The notes below the pieces were generated by a model. The model was not told where the DNA came from. It made no database searches and was given only the letters and a program-made list of their open reading frames with translations. Below are positions 19,715 to 30,534 of a stretch of 64,000 nucleotides of DNA, in pieces. A program made the translations under genes and the position numbers. The number at the start of each line of letters is the position of its first letter. Position 1 is the stretch's first letter. Source of the DNA: Methanomassiliicoccaceae archaeon (GTDB taxonomy: Archaea > Thermoplasmatota > Thermoplasmata > Methanomassiliicoccales > Methanomassiliicoccaceae); contig CAVSJV010000005.1 in the NCBI GenBank assembly GCA_963728405.1, positions 320,001 through 384,000 on the forward strand, written 5' to 3'.

Positions 19715-20844
19715 GTGATCGACAGGGTATCAAGTCTGCCGATCTCGGAGACCCTTCGCGAAGAGGTGATGAGGGAGATCAGATACGGAAGAGGAGAACC
19801 TATCGCTTATCGGCCGGCATGTTCTACGGGCCAGACGCCTGTTGCCGCTCCTCGTGGCCCTGATCGCCCTCAATGTCATTTTGGCCTTCGTCCAACCGCA
19901 TTATGCCGTTACCTGGATCGTTGCCAGCTTCTTCGTTTACATGTACTACTTTATCGTGCTGCTCTTTCCCACCACCCGGCGGGTGCGGACCCCTGCGGAC
20001 AAGAAGGAAGGTCGAAGGGCCTTGCCGAGGGGGAAGAGGACCAAAGGGCTCAGGGGAGTGGTCATGAGGGGCAAGAAGGCCGTGGTGGTCGCCTTCTGGA
20101 ACAGCTTCTTCATTGGCACCCAGACCCTGGCTAGAGGGATAATTCTGATATTATCCATAAGCATGGCCTTCGCCCTGCTCAGCGGTCTGTTCTGGGAGTC
20201 CCGGACCTCTTCTCCACCGCTGTCGTCGTCATCCAGGCAATGGCCATAATGGGCTACTATTGGGTCATAATCCATTACCGGCCCTATTCCAAGGACTTCC
20301 TAAAGACCGTGGCCAGGGTGAGACGCGATCGGAGCAAGGAAGCGAGATGGATAGTCTAACTGAAGGGTGTATTCATCGTCCTCGCCCTATTGACCGTTTT
20401 CGTCATCTTCCTCATCAGTGCCATCTTCCTACCAAAACAATCCATCGATGCCGTCCTCTCCCACATGGACGAGGACTTCGCTCTGACATTGCTCGGACGG
20501 TGGTGATCTTCATTTCCCGATTCGTCATCGTCCGCTATATCCAAGGGTTCGACAGCGCGAATATAACGACCCATTTCATCAAGAACAAGCTGGACTTCCT
20601 CCGAAACGATATCCTATCGGGATTGGAATCGATCGAGAAGGAGGAACCGGGCCCGGATAGATCGGCAAGATTCAGAGCTCTCCAGAAGAGGTTCCGGGTG
20701 TCCAGGATATACAAGGTGGCCTACAAGGACCTGTTCGGGTTCCTGCCGACCTATCCGATCATCGTCGACTTCGTGTCCATCCTGGAAAAGGACGTGGCGG
20801 AGGCCCTGGGGGAGGAGATCCCGTTGGACATTTCCTCGGGGTAA
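19715..20844 (+). CDS. Hypothetical membrane protein split by ~3 frameshifts
   Basis: Overlapping ORFs 19715, 19842 and 20260 carry hydrophobic segments and a coherent C-terminus (YKDLFGFLPTYPIIVDF). Confidence 0.55.
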
Positions 20845-20990
20845 GCGGCTTGGCGGTCAAGGCGGGAAGTTCCAATCATTTAGGCCAGTTAGCCTTAGTT
20901 TATCATTTTTTAATTAGATAACGTTTAACTATTCTCCACTCCGAACAGTCGATTAGCTGAGTTTGAGAGGCCAGCGTACGGAGGCACATT

Positions 20991-21457
20991 ATGACGATGG
21001 AGGCTATGCAGAAACAAAAGGTCGTGGGGCCCGTGGATTACCTGGTCGTGAGATTCCCCGGGAACAAGTTCACGGGCACGATCGCTCCAGAAATGCACCG
21101 GCTACAAGATGAGGGGATAGTCAGGATAATTGACTTCCTTATCATTCGCAAGGATGAGGCCGGGAACGTCGAGCCGATCGAGATGCGGACCTAGGGGAGG
21201 ATGTGAAGAAGGATTTTGAGGCCTTAATGGAGAATGTCAACAGCGAGTGGTTTTCCCAGAACGATGTGGATATCATCGGGGCCGGATTACCAAACGGCAC
21301 ATCGGCCGGGGCAATTCTCTACGAGAATACCTGGGCGGCAAAGCTCGTTGAGGCATTCCGGGAGAATGGGGCCGAGCTCCTGGAGCAGGGACGCATCACT
21401 GCCGACCGGGTCGACGAGGTGTTCAACGAACGGATTTCCCCAAAGGCGAGAGGATAG
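20991..21457 (+). CDS. DUF6325-family protein, frameshift near 21185
   Basis: GPVDYLVVRFPGNKFTGTIAPE...GIVRIIDFLIIRKD and GTSAGAILYENTWA...GRI. Confidence 0.8.
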
Positions 21458-21469
21458 GAGGTATGGTTC

Positions 21470-21727
21470 ATGAGAGGCAGAGGTATAGCCCTGGTGGCAG
21501 GAATGAGAATGGGACAGAAGAGGGGCGAGCAGCAGGCGCAGGCGCAGCAACAACAGCAGGCCCAAGCGGCCCAGCAGCAGGCACCTGCACCAGCGCCGGC
21601 CGCTCCGGCTGCGGCGGCAGCACCGGACATCACGGCTGAGCTCCAGAAGCTGACCCAGCTACACCAATCTGGAGCTCTTTCCGACCAGGAGTTCGCTGCA
21701 GCCAAGCAGAAGCTACTGTCGGGTTGA
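21470..21727 (+). CDS. Small SHOCT-domain protein with Q/A/P-rich linker
   Basis: DITAELQKLTQLHQSGALSDQEFAAAKQKLL is a SHOCT motif. RBS GGAGGT upstream. Confidence 0.85.
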   Translation: MRGRGIALVAGMRMGQKRGEQQAQAQQQQQAQAAQQQAPAPAPAAPAAAAAPDITAELQKLTQLHQSGALSDQEFAAAKQKLLSG

Positions 21728-21746
21728 GGTTAATTATTTCACGTGG

Positions 21747-21798
21747 CCGCCCCTAGATATCTCCAATGGTATCTAGCGGTGCGGACAACTATTTTTCT
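21747..21798 (+). terminator. Hairpin followed by T-tract
   Basis: CCGC-CC-CTAGATA...TATCTAG-CGG-T-GCGG followed by ACAACTATTTTTCT, after the SHOCT gene. Confidence 0.5.
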
Positions 21799-21859
21799 GC
21801 CAATCGTTTAAGGTTCTAATGCTCGGGCCACTAAGCCATCGTTGCTCACTAAGATCCAC

Positions 21860-22558
21860 TCACTCTTTCTTCTCACCCGGTTGCCACGTCCCTACGAGCC
21901 GGGAGATCAGGATTGCCATGTACAAAACTCCCATCAGGACCTCGATGATGATTAGCCCCCGAGCCTCCTGGGTGGTCGGCAATATGTCCCCATATCCCAG
22001 GGTGGCCAAGGTAACGAAGCTAAAGTAGATCATTGTGGAGAAGCTCATCGCCACGTCCGGGAAAACGCTGTCCCTGAACGATCCTGGGACCAATGCTTCT
22101 ATTGATGCATAAAAGCTAGCCCAGGCAAGACCGAGCAACAGATAGGCCGATATAGCCTGCCATATGGTGCGAGAGGAGACCTCTTTGGTCGTGAACAGGG
22201 CAAGGAACAGCAGCAGTGATACCAGGGCCAAGGTCAGGGTCCCGAACAGGTAAGCTATTTCGTTGAGGATCAATCCGCCGACGAGGAAATAGGCCCATCT
22301 ACTGCCCACCGCAATGGCCATCAGGCTCAATCCAAGGAGCCTTACTCGGGGATTATCGCCAGCTGTTAGGACGCTGGATATCAGAATTAAAGAGAATAAT
22401 ATCGAGAATACGAACGCCCCGATATCACCTTTGACGAAAGGAAAGAGGACTATAAGCAGAGCAAAAAGGAACCATAACGACACGAATCGGTACCCAGGAA
22501 TCCTCCGCTCCAGATAGTCGATTGACTTTTTTATCAACGAGATGAACGGGTCGTTCAA
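21860..22558 (-). CDS. Potassium channel family protein (Ion_trans_2)
   Basis: YFSFVTLATLGYGDILP selectivity filter with multiple TM helices. Confidence 0.88.
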   Translation of the reverse strand: MNDPFISLIKKSIDYLERRIPGYRFVSLWFLFALLIVLFPFVKGDIGAFVFSILFSLILISSVLTAGDNPRVRLLGLSLMAIAVGSRWAYFLVGGLILNEIAYLFGTLTLALVSLLLFLALFTTKEVSSRTIWQAISAYLLLGLAWASFYASIEALVPGSFRDSVFPDVAMSFSTMIYFSFVTLATLGYGDILPTTQEARGLIIIEVLMGVLYMAILISRLVGTWQPGEKKE

Positions 22559-22574
22559 GAGCTCCCTCCCAAGG

Positions 22575-23453
22575 TCACTTCATCGCCCCCTTCTCGTTCG
22601 GAACGGTCCCCTTCCTTTCCTTTCTGCCCCACTCTCCCGCAGCGATCGTCAGGATGGTCAGGGATACCACCGACACCAGCAATACGGTCACCCCGACCAG
22701 GGGGCGGTCGGCGAAGTTGGTCGCTGCGGTCAGGATGCCCGCCGATATATTGCGTTGGGCCGTGGCGATGCCGAGGACCCTTCTGGTGCCGAGGTCACGT
22801 CCCCCTAAGAAATAACCGATGATCAGGGCGAGGACCACGAAGATCAAGGAGAACACGATGGCCCCCGTGCCGAAGGTGCCAGTGATGCGGTCCCAGTACG
22901 CCCCCAGGAAGAGGAAGAGCAGGAAGAGGATGCTTACCGTGGTCACACGGTTCAATATGCCAGCGGCATGCTCGGCGAACTCATCGTAGCGCCATTTGAC
23001 CGCAAGCCCGATGCCTAAAGGTATCAACATCAGGAATATCAGAGGCTGGGCGATCGCCCAGGGATCGACCTTTACACCAGGGATGATCAACGGCAGAACG
23101 GTGGGGAGAACGATGACCGTGACGACCATCAGCAGGGTCATGACCCCTACCCCGAAGGCGATGTTGCCCCTGGCGAACTGGGTCAGCTTTGGGATGAATG
23201 GCGCCCCGGCAGCCAGAGCGAGAATGAACATTCCTATCTTGACATCATCGTCCAGGGGGATGATGGTGCTCAGGATGATGATCAAGGCCGGCACGATGAT
23301 GAAATTAGCTAGCAATGCCGAAAATACAAGTCTTACGTTCCTCAGAGGCTGGGCGATCTTCTGGGGGGTCAGGCTCAGTCCCATGGATAGCATGCTCCCG
23401 ACCACGAAGGTCAGACCGAACACTGCGATGAGGGTGGTGAGGAGATCGGCCAT
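22575..23453 (-). CDS. Bile acid:sodium symporter (BASS) family transporter
   Basis: SMLSMGLSLT, LLANFIIVP, AGAPFIPKL, ATAQRNISAG. Confidence 0.88.
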   Translation of the reverse strand: MADLLTTLIAVFGLTFVVGSMLSMGLSLTPQKIAQPLRNVRLVFSALLANFIIVPALIIILSTIIPLDDDVKIGMFILALAAGAPFIPKLTQFARGNIAFGVGVMTLLMVVTVIVLPTVLPLIIPGVKVDPWAIAQPLIFLMLIPLGIGLAVKWRYDEFAEHAAGILNRVTTVSILFLLFLFLGAYWDRITGTFGTGAIVFSLIFVVLALIIGYFLGGRDLGTRRVLGIATAQRNISAGILTAATNFADRPLVGVTVLLVSVVSLTILTIAAGEWGRKERKGTVPNEKGAMK

Positions 23454-23539
23454 TCTTGGTTCGCCCTGACAAGCCACCTATCTGGGCTATGTCGATAATC
23501 ATCTGGAACCTCGGCGTATATATTGCTGTCCTTTCCGCC

Positions 23540-24589
23540 CTAGGTGAGGTGGAGCCCCAGCCTACGGGCCATGCTCCATGGCCACCTTATGCTCCCTTCG
23601 GGAAACCCGCCCTCTCAGCTCAGGATAGGCATTGGCCCGATGCTCGGGATGGTATTGGGCCATGATGTTCACCAGGGAATTGGGCATATGGTCGGCCAGC
23701 CAGTCCAAAACCGGCAGGGTGCAACACTCCAGATGTCCCGGCAGCATCAGGTGACGGACGATCGACCTCGCCTTGAGTGGCAGGCCACCAGATGGTTCCT
23801 GGTAACTATGCGCATGTAGTCCCTGGTGCCCGATAGCCGAAGGGCACAGGAATCGTTTCCATACTTGAGGTCGGTCAGATAGATATCAATGGTGCCGTCC
23901 AGCAGGGCCATGGCCTTCTCCGACAGGTACATGTTGGAGTTCCAGACCTGGGCTATGTTCGCGCCCATATGGCCGAGGACCTCCAGAATATAGGGAATGT
24001 CAGGCGTGGGATCCCCTCCGACCCAGTTGACGTTCCTTATCTTTGCCTCGCGATCAGGAGCTGACCTCTCGACCCCCACAGCTCCTGCGACCAATCTCTC
24101 TATGTGCAGAGCCGTCTCCTCAACGGGGACCTTCCGCCCACGGTCCGGGTGGGTGCTGATCTCGTAGTTCTGGCAGAATGCGCACTGGATGTTGCAACCG
24201 GCGAAGAAGATGGTGTAGGATGGTACCAGCGGCTCCTCCTCTCCCCAGTGGACGAAATGGCTGGCCACCCTTGGCTCAAGCACACCGCATCGTCCCCTGG
24301 TCCCGATGGTGCGGCCCACTCGGCAATCGTGCTCACAGAAGCAACACGCCTTCAGCAGCTCCTTCCCGATCTTCCTCTTTAGATCCAATAGGCTATTTTC
24401 CACCACCCTGGGAATGGAATTGTCAATGACGAGTTCCCTGTATCTCTCCATCATCTGACCGTGGGCCTGCCACATCTTTGCTAGGGAAAGGTCATCATCC
24501 TGATTGGCCTCCAGCGAGCGAGCTAGCAGGTATCGGGCGTACGATCGCCCTTCGAGGATCGCTTGGTAACGTTCAAGGTAAGGGCTCAT
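23540..24589 (-). CDS. PflX-like radical SAM protein, frameshifted
   Basis: CCFCEHDCRV, HWGEEEPL, FAGCNIQCAFCQN, VGGDPTP, DLKYGND. The C-terminus RHLMLPGHLECC...NIMAQYHP lies in the next frame. Confidence 0.85.
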
Positions 24590-24674
24590 GGCGTCGAGCG
24601 CCTCCTGGGGAGCGCTGAGCCCGTCCGATGTCGGCCCACCCGACCTTCTGGTCGATCTCCTACGATGAACCCCC

Positions 24675-25373
24675 TCAGGTAGCGATCGGTTTCCCCATGG
24701 TTACTGGGCGGTAGACATATTGGGATAGCATCTTCTCGGTCTCGAAGGGTTTGGGAACGTTCTCCCAGACCACGCCACCCCCCGAATGGAACTGGATGCC
24801 CGGCATCCTTCTAACGGCGCGGCCGATCTGGGCGGAGGTCGCGATGTGATGTCCCCGAAGCCGAAGACCCTTTCCATGAACGGTTGATTGAGGGAGATGT
24901 TCTGCACCTTGTCGAGACCGGTATCGCTATAGTGCCGGCTTAGGAAACCATACTGATTGATGATCCGCCGGTCAGTGAGAGCGAACACGGTGTTCCTCCA
25001 TTGGAGGTACGTCGTGATCAGCGGCAGTGCCCCCAGGACCGCCGGTATGCTGGCCAGGGAGCGGTGGACGGAGACCAGGAACGCGATGGCGCCACCCCCG
25101 CGATCGCCGCGGGGATCCCGAACCGCCGGTCGAAGGGAGTCATCAGTCCGGTCAGGACCAATGCGGCCACCAGGTAGGCCAGGGTGCCGTTATATGTCAT
25201 TATTATGGCTGCGTAGATGGGAGCTAGGACGATCAGAATAATGGGTTTGAGCAGAACCACGGTCATTGCTGGTCTGTCCCCCCATATCGCCTTCTCGCCC
25301 TGCACCAGGTGCCGCGTGTCGAGTATTACCTGGGACGGGGCTTAATCGTTGCTTGCTCCGTCTGGGTTGTCAT
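24675..25373 (-). CDS. Membrane protein with bacterial PH (bPH_2) domain, frameshifted
   Basis: FALTDRRIINQYGFLSR...KVQNISLNQPFMERVFGFGDI is a bPH_2 pattern, preceded by N-terminal TM helices. Confidence 0.7.
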
Positions 25374-25697
25374 GTCACACCTCACGGCCCTCTTACCGTT
25401 ATGGGGTCGATCCGACGGACCCTGGTCGGATGATCGCTCTTATTTAAACTCGGTTGGACATGGATGTATCAATGATTCACTCGAACGGCGATTATCTTCA
25501 TGCTTAGCCGTCCTTTCCGCGCAGGCCCGCGATCTTCTAGCGGGCCATGCCGAAGAAACGTCCTGAAATTACCATATCCCAATGATCTCTGAGATGGCCC
25601 CTTAATGATCTGCTCGACCGACCGGCGCCCCGTTCTGCTCCAAGATTTGAAACGGTTCGGAACAGGGGGTTCGCCGGTGGCCGATGCAGCGGTTGCT

Positions 25698-28040
25698 CTA
25701 AAATCGGGCTATGATCGCCATTGCCTCCTTCTCCAGGTCCACATACGCTCGGCCGCTCAGGTCGATGGCCACCCTGTTGATGGCTCCATTGAAGGTCCAA
25801 GGTCGTTCGCCGGGCAGATCGGCGGTCACTCCCTCGCCGTACCCACGGCCTACGGTGCAGTAGGAACCCAGGCCGAACCGGCCGGGCTGGGTCCGGATCT
25901 TGCCCTCGCCTACTTTCTCTTCGTTCACGAACAGGGTCAGCGTGCCATAGGCCACGCCCTTGGGCTTCTCGCCCTCCCGGTCGAAGGTCGCCGCTAGGAT
26001 GAGGTTCTCTCCTGCCGGGATCTTCTCCTCGGAAGTGATGGTCGTGGTCTCGATGCCCACGAAGTTGTAGGCATACTTGAGGTGACCGTCCTTCATGTAC
26101 AGCACATGGCCACCGAAGCGGGTGCCTTCCTGGAACAGGATGCCCTGCCCCCCTCCTTCAGGGACGTTGACAACAGCGCCGATCTTGAACGATCGGTTCA
26201 GGATATTGGGGGCAACGGCCTCGGGCACCGGGTCGGTCCCCGGGAAATATACATAGCGGTTCATGTGCTTGGCCAGCTGGGGTCGTGGCGAGGTCAGTAT
26301 CTCCACCGGACCCCGGTCGTCGATGGGTAGCCCGTTGTAGCGGCCTGCCGCAGCATACCACAAGGCCCTGAGCTCCTCAAGTTTATCCGGGTTCTGGGCG
26401 GCCAGATCCATTGATTCCGAACGGTCCTCGTCAACCTTGAAAAGCTCCCAGTGATCCTGGCTGAAATGGCCCCAGTTGCTGAGCGTGGGATGGGTCGTGC
26501 TGGCCTTCCAGCCTTTGCTCCACATGCCCCTGCTGCCGATCATTTGGTAATATTGGGTGTCCTTCTTGGTGGGGGCAAAGACACTATCGAAGGAGTACCG
26601 CATGCTGACGCCTTCCAGCGGCCATTGGGTGTAGCCCTTCACCGCTTCCGGCAGGGATATGTTCAGGCAATCCAGAACGGTGGGCACGATGTCCGTGACA
26701 TGGTGGTACTGTTGCCTGACCCCCTCCCCCTTGATCCCTTTGGGCCAGGAGACTATGAGCATGTCGCAGGTCCCTCCGCTATAGGCAGCATACCGCTTGT
26801 ACATCTTGAACGGAGTGCAGAACGCCGTGGCCCAGCCGGTGGGGTAATGGTTGTAGGTATTGACGCCCCCGAGCTCATCGATCATCTTCAGGTTGGCCTT
26901 GATATCGTCGGGGATGCCATTGAAGAACAGGTTCTCGTTCACCGAGCCATTAGGGCCGCCCTCCCCACTGGCACCGTTATCGGACAATGTGATGATGATA
27001 GTATTGTCCAGCTGGCCCGACTGCTCGAGGTAGTCGATGAGCCGCCCGATCTCATGGTCCGTATAGCTCACGAAACCGGCGTAGACCTCTGCCATGCGGG
27101 CGAACAGCTTCCTTTCCTCGTCCGAGAGAGTATCCCACGGCCGAACGGTGTCGAGGACCGGCCAGTCCTGGCCTTCCGGCCCCTTCTCGCCTATCAGGGG
27201 GTTAATGGGGGTGAGCTCGGTATCCTTGGGCAACAGCCCCATCTTCTTCTGCCTCTCCAGGGTCGCCTCGCGGTATTTCTCATAGCCTTCATCGAACTTC
27301 CCCTTGTACTTGTCCGCCCACTCCTTGAAAACATGGTGGGGGGCATGCGCGCACCCGGGGCAGAAATGCATGAAGAACGGCTTGTCCGGAGCGATCTGTT
27401 TTGCATCCTGGATCATCTTAATGGCCTGGTCCGTGAGGTCCTTACTGAGATGATACCCTTCCTCTGGGGTGGCCGGGGGGTCGACCATGTGGTTGTCATA
27501 CAACAGGTCCGGATACCATTGGTTGGTCTCGCCGCCCATGAAGCCGTAGAATCGTTCGAAGCCCCGATCGGTCGGCCAGTTCCTTTTGGACGAGGCTTGA
27601 TGGCTCTCCTCCTCTGGCGTGAGGTGCCACTTGCCGACGGCATAGGTATTGTACCCGCGCTCCACGAGTATCTCGGCCAGTGTAGCAGTTTCCTGCGGTA
27701 TCCGTCCATTGGAGCCTGGGAACCCTGTCGTCGCCTCGGTGATCGCGACCATGCCCACCGTGGTATGGTTGCGGCCAGTGAGCAGGCAGGCCCGGGTGGG
27801 CGAGCACAGCGCTGTGGTGTGGAACTGGCTATAGCGAAGCCCGGCGTCCGCCAACCTCTTCATCGTGGGGGTCTCGATGCTCCCTCCGAAGGGCTCCATA
27901 GCCCCGAAGCCCACATCATCCCAGACGATGAACAACACGTTGGGCGAACCCTCAGGGGCGCTCGGTTGCTCATAGGGCCCCCAATCGGGGACGGAATCCC
28001 GGATATCAATATTAATAACTCCTCTGAACGGTTCGCGCAT
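25698..28040 (-). CDS. Cys-type arylsulfatase (cytoplasmic, 780 aa)
   Basis: PNVLFIVWDDVG, formylglycine motif LCSPTRACLLTGR, GYNTYAVGKWHL, SDNG. No signal peptide. Confidence 0.95.
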   Translation of the reverse strand: MREPFRGVINIDIRDSVPDWGPYEQPSAPEGSPNVLFIVWDDVGFGAMEPFGGSIETPTMKRLADAGLRYSQFHTTALCSPTRACLLTGRNHTTVGMVAITEATTGFPGSNGRIPQETATLAEILVERGYNTYAVGKWHLTPEEESHQASSKRNWPTDRGFERFYGFMGGETNQWYPDLLYDNHMVDPPATPEEGYHLSKDLTDQAIKMIQDAKQIAPDKPFFMHFCPGCAHAPHHVFKEWADKYKGKFDEGYEKYREATLERQKKMGLLPKDTELTPINPLIGEKGPEGQDWPVLDTVRPWDTLSDEERKLFARMAEVYAGFVSYTDHEIGRLIDYLEQSGQLDNTIIITLSDNGASGEGGPNGSVNENLFFNGIPDDIKANLKMIDELGGVNTYNHYPTGWATAFCTPFKMYKRYAAYSGGTCDMLIVSWPKGIKGEGVRQQYHHVTDIVPTVLDCLNISLPEAVKGYTQWPLEGVSMRYSFDSVFAPTKKDTQYYQMIGSRGMWSKGWKASTTHPTLSNWGHFSQDHWELFKVDEDRSESMDLAAQNPDKLEELRALWYAAAGRYNGLPIDDRGPVEILTSPRPQLAKHMNRYVYFPGTDPVPEAVAPNILNRSFKIGAVVNVPEGGGQGILFQEGTRFGGHVLYMKDGHLKYAYNFVGIETTTITSEEKIPAGENLILAATFDREGEKPKGVAYGTLTLFVNEEKVGEGKIRTQPGRFGLGSYCTVGRGYGEGVTADLPGERPWTFNGAINRVAIDLSGRAYVDLEKEAMAIIARF

Positions 28041-28253
28041 TTCATTTCACCTCGGTGTCCCTGCCAGGAGCCACCTTGCGGCCCGGCCAAGGGATCATGA
28101 CCGACGTGCCAAACGCATGGTGAAAATACGTTGGACGCACCTGCGGCGGATAATTGCACCGAGCATGGAGAATGAGCGTAACTAAGAGCTGGAGCTGTCA
28201 CGTTCGAGGGCTGAGATCGGTCTACGATATGAATCAAGATGGAATGAGCTGAT

Positions 28254-28288
28254 GGCCCCCCGTCCAAAAAGGAGGAGGACGGAGGGCC
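28254..28288 (-). terminator. GC-rich hairpin downstream of cobT
   Basis: GGCCCCCCGTCC (28254-28265) pairs with GGACGGAGGGCC (28277-28288). Confidence 0.45.
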
Positions 28289-28298
28289 CCTGTGGCGT

Positions 28299-29407
28299 TC
28301 AGCGCCGGGAGACCAGCCGGGCGTAGTTCTTCTCGATCTCGTCGAGCAGCGTCCTGGAAGTGATCTTGCCCTCGCTCTTGGCGATCGCCGCGATGGCCGA
28401 GCCTCCGGCGCCCACTCCTTCCTTCGACCAGCCCGGTCTCATAGATCTTCAGGCCGTCATAGCGGGAAAGAGAGAAGTTCAGGTTAGCGGCTAGTACCGG
28501 CACCTTGCCGATCTTGGAGACCAGATAGCGGATGTCGGAGGTGGTGTCCTTGGATATCCATCGGGTAGTGCCGATGGCCACGTTCTCCAGGACCGAGTGA
28601 TCCATTCCTTTTACGATGGCGAGGACCGCGGCCATCTGGGTGCCGCCGGCCATGATCACCGGGATGGACTCGGCCGCCCCGACCACCAACCCGGCCGCCG
28701 CGGCCATCATGGGGTCGCCGACGGCCTCGATGGCCGCCATAGGGTCCTTCTTGAACGCCTCCCTACTCATGCCGCTCGCTTTGAGGCCCTCTTCGACCAC
28801 TCGGTTCTTCAGGTCATGGGGGTTGGTGGGAAAGCTGCTAGATATCTTGCCCGTGGCGTCATAGCCCAGGGCCATGAGCACCCCCAGGGCCGTCGTCGTC
28901 CCTCCGGCGATGGACTCGCCGACCACCAGGTAATCGCTCACCTTGGCCAGGTTCTTGCCCGCCAGGACCGCCCGGTCGAAGCTCTTCTCGGGGTCCTTGA
29001 CCGCCCGACCAGTGCGGATGTCCTCGCCGGGGGTGCCATCGACCTCGAAGTACGGGACGTGGGGGCGGACCCTCACGCCCGCCGTTCATGACGAAGATGG
29101 GCATCGAGGCCAGCTTGATCGATGACATGGTAATGAGGCCGGGAGTGGGGATCCCGTCGGGCGTCACTGGCACGCCCTCGATGCACTTGCACTTCCCGTA
29201 GAACAGGAGCTCCATGTCCGCGGCCGGGGTGTAATCGGTGAAGTCTGGATTGGCGCCGGCGGCAGAGATGCCCGGGATCTTGGCCGTTTCAGTGTTCCCG
29301 ATGACGCAGGCGTAGGTCGGATTCTTGCCCCAGATACGCTCCAGGAACTTCCTGGCCAGCTCATCCTCCAAGCAGACGATTATATCTTCCGGTACCTTGA
29401 ACGACAT
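28299..29407 (-). CDS. cobT: Archaeal nicotinate-nucleotide:dimethylbenzimidazole phosphoribosyltransferase, 2 frameshifts
   Basis: NTETAKIPGISAAG, PTPGLIT, GESIAGGTTTA, AGGTQMAAV, (K)EGVGAGG. Confidence 0.88.
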
Positions 29408-29489
29408 CTTGTTCAGCTCCAGCTCCCATAAGTTGGATAATACATCCAACTGGAACGACTAGGGCTTATTAAATTTTGTCGCAGCTGGA

Positions 29490-30534
29490 CTATTGGACAA
29501 GAGAGTTGAACAGTTGGGTCAGGGGGCGGTAGTTCGTGGCCTTCTCGCAGAACCGTACGGTGGGCTTACCTGGCTCGGTGACCTCAGCCACGGCGAAGGG
29601 CACGTTCATGCGGATATGCTGCCCCGTCAGGGACGAGGTCCCGTGGTCTATGATGAAGGCCACACGATGCCCCATCATTCGGTCCAGATTCTCCATCAGC
29701 AGATCGTCGACCTCCTTGAGCAGGGCGACCTTTTGATCTGGCGCTCGGCGGTGCGAGATGTCGTCCGTCTCCTCGACGTGCATGAACACATTGGACGAGC
29801 TAAGTAAACGGAACGATTCCTGGAACCCGCTCCACATGTTGTCGACGACCTCGCGGTGGATGTTCAGCAGACCTCCGACGCCCAGCGCCGAGGGGCTCTT
29901 GGACACCATGACCAGGTTCTTTGCCGGGGCCACTGGACGATGCTTGCCGGCATCGCTGATGGAACCGCCGCCCCACGGAAGGATGGTCATACCGTCCATT
30001 TCCTTGGCCATGCGGTTGATGTAGCGGTCGAACTCTCCCAGCTGGACGATCTTGTTGAGCACCGGAGCGGGGGGGTTGGGGAATCCCTGGATGTGGTCCG
30101 TCTCCACGGTCATCACCCCTCGACCATCCTCATAGAAATAGAGGCGAGGGTTCAGATCCCCTAGCACAGTCCAGGTTGCGGATCATGGAGTCCTGTAGCT
30201 CGGCATGCATCTCCCTGGAAACGCGGTATAGCCACTCGATGTTGGTATCCCCCATCCGTACGGGGGAGAAACGATAAGCGACCTGGTTCGGCTCGACCGG
30301 AACGCCCAGTCCGACGGCCTCGACCAGCCCCCGAGGGACGTTTAGGCTCTGGCCGGTCAAGAATTCCAGGAGGAAGAGATGGGTATACTCTCGGCCGTCG
30401 GTCCATCCGAACTCGCCATGGGAGGCCACATTGTCGATGAACTTTTTCTCGAAGGACTCTAAAGGGGTCATCCCGCCGAGTTCCGGGATCTTATCATCGG
30501 CCGCCCCGTCCAAGAGAATAATGAGAGTGTTCAA
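29490..30534 (-). CDS. ApgM-family (alkaline phosphatase superfamily) phosphomutase-like protein, frameshift near 30165
   Basis: IILLDGAADDKIPELGGMTPLE, RGLVEAVGLG, HVEETDDISH, DHGT...GQH. Confidence 0.75.

Noticed and set aside
21181-21210. TAG at 21192 as a pyrrolysine codon inside DUF6325
   Set aside because: The downstream half is in a different frame, and TGA follows at 21204 in the first frame. It is an indel, not amber readthrough.
21530-21625. CAG/GCA-rich tandem repeat
   Set aside because: It is the low-complexity Q/A/P linker of the SHOCT protein, not an independent repeat element.
26451-28100. 549-aa ORF antisense to the sulfatase, and many similar antisense ORFs (e.g. 42713-43546, 62985-63788)
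   Set aside because: Shadow ORFs caused by high GC3 codon bias on the opposite strand. They have no motifs or protein-like composition.
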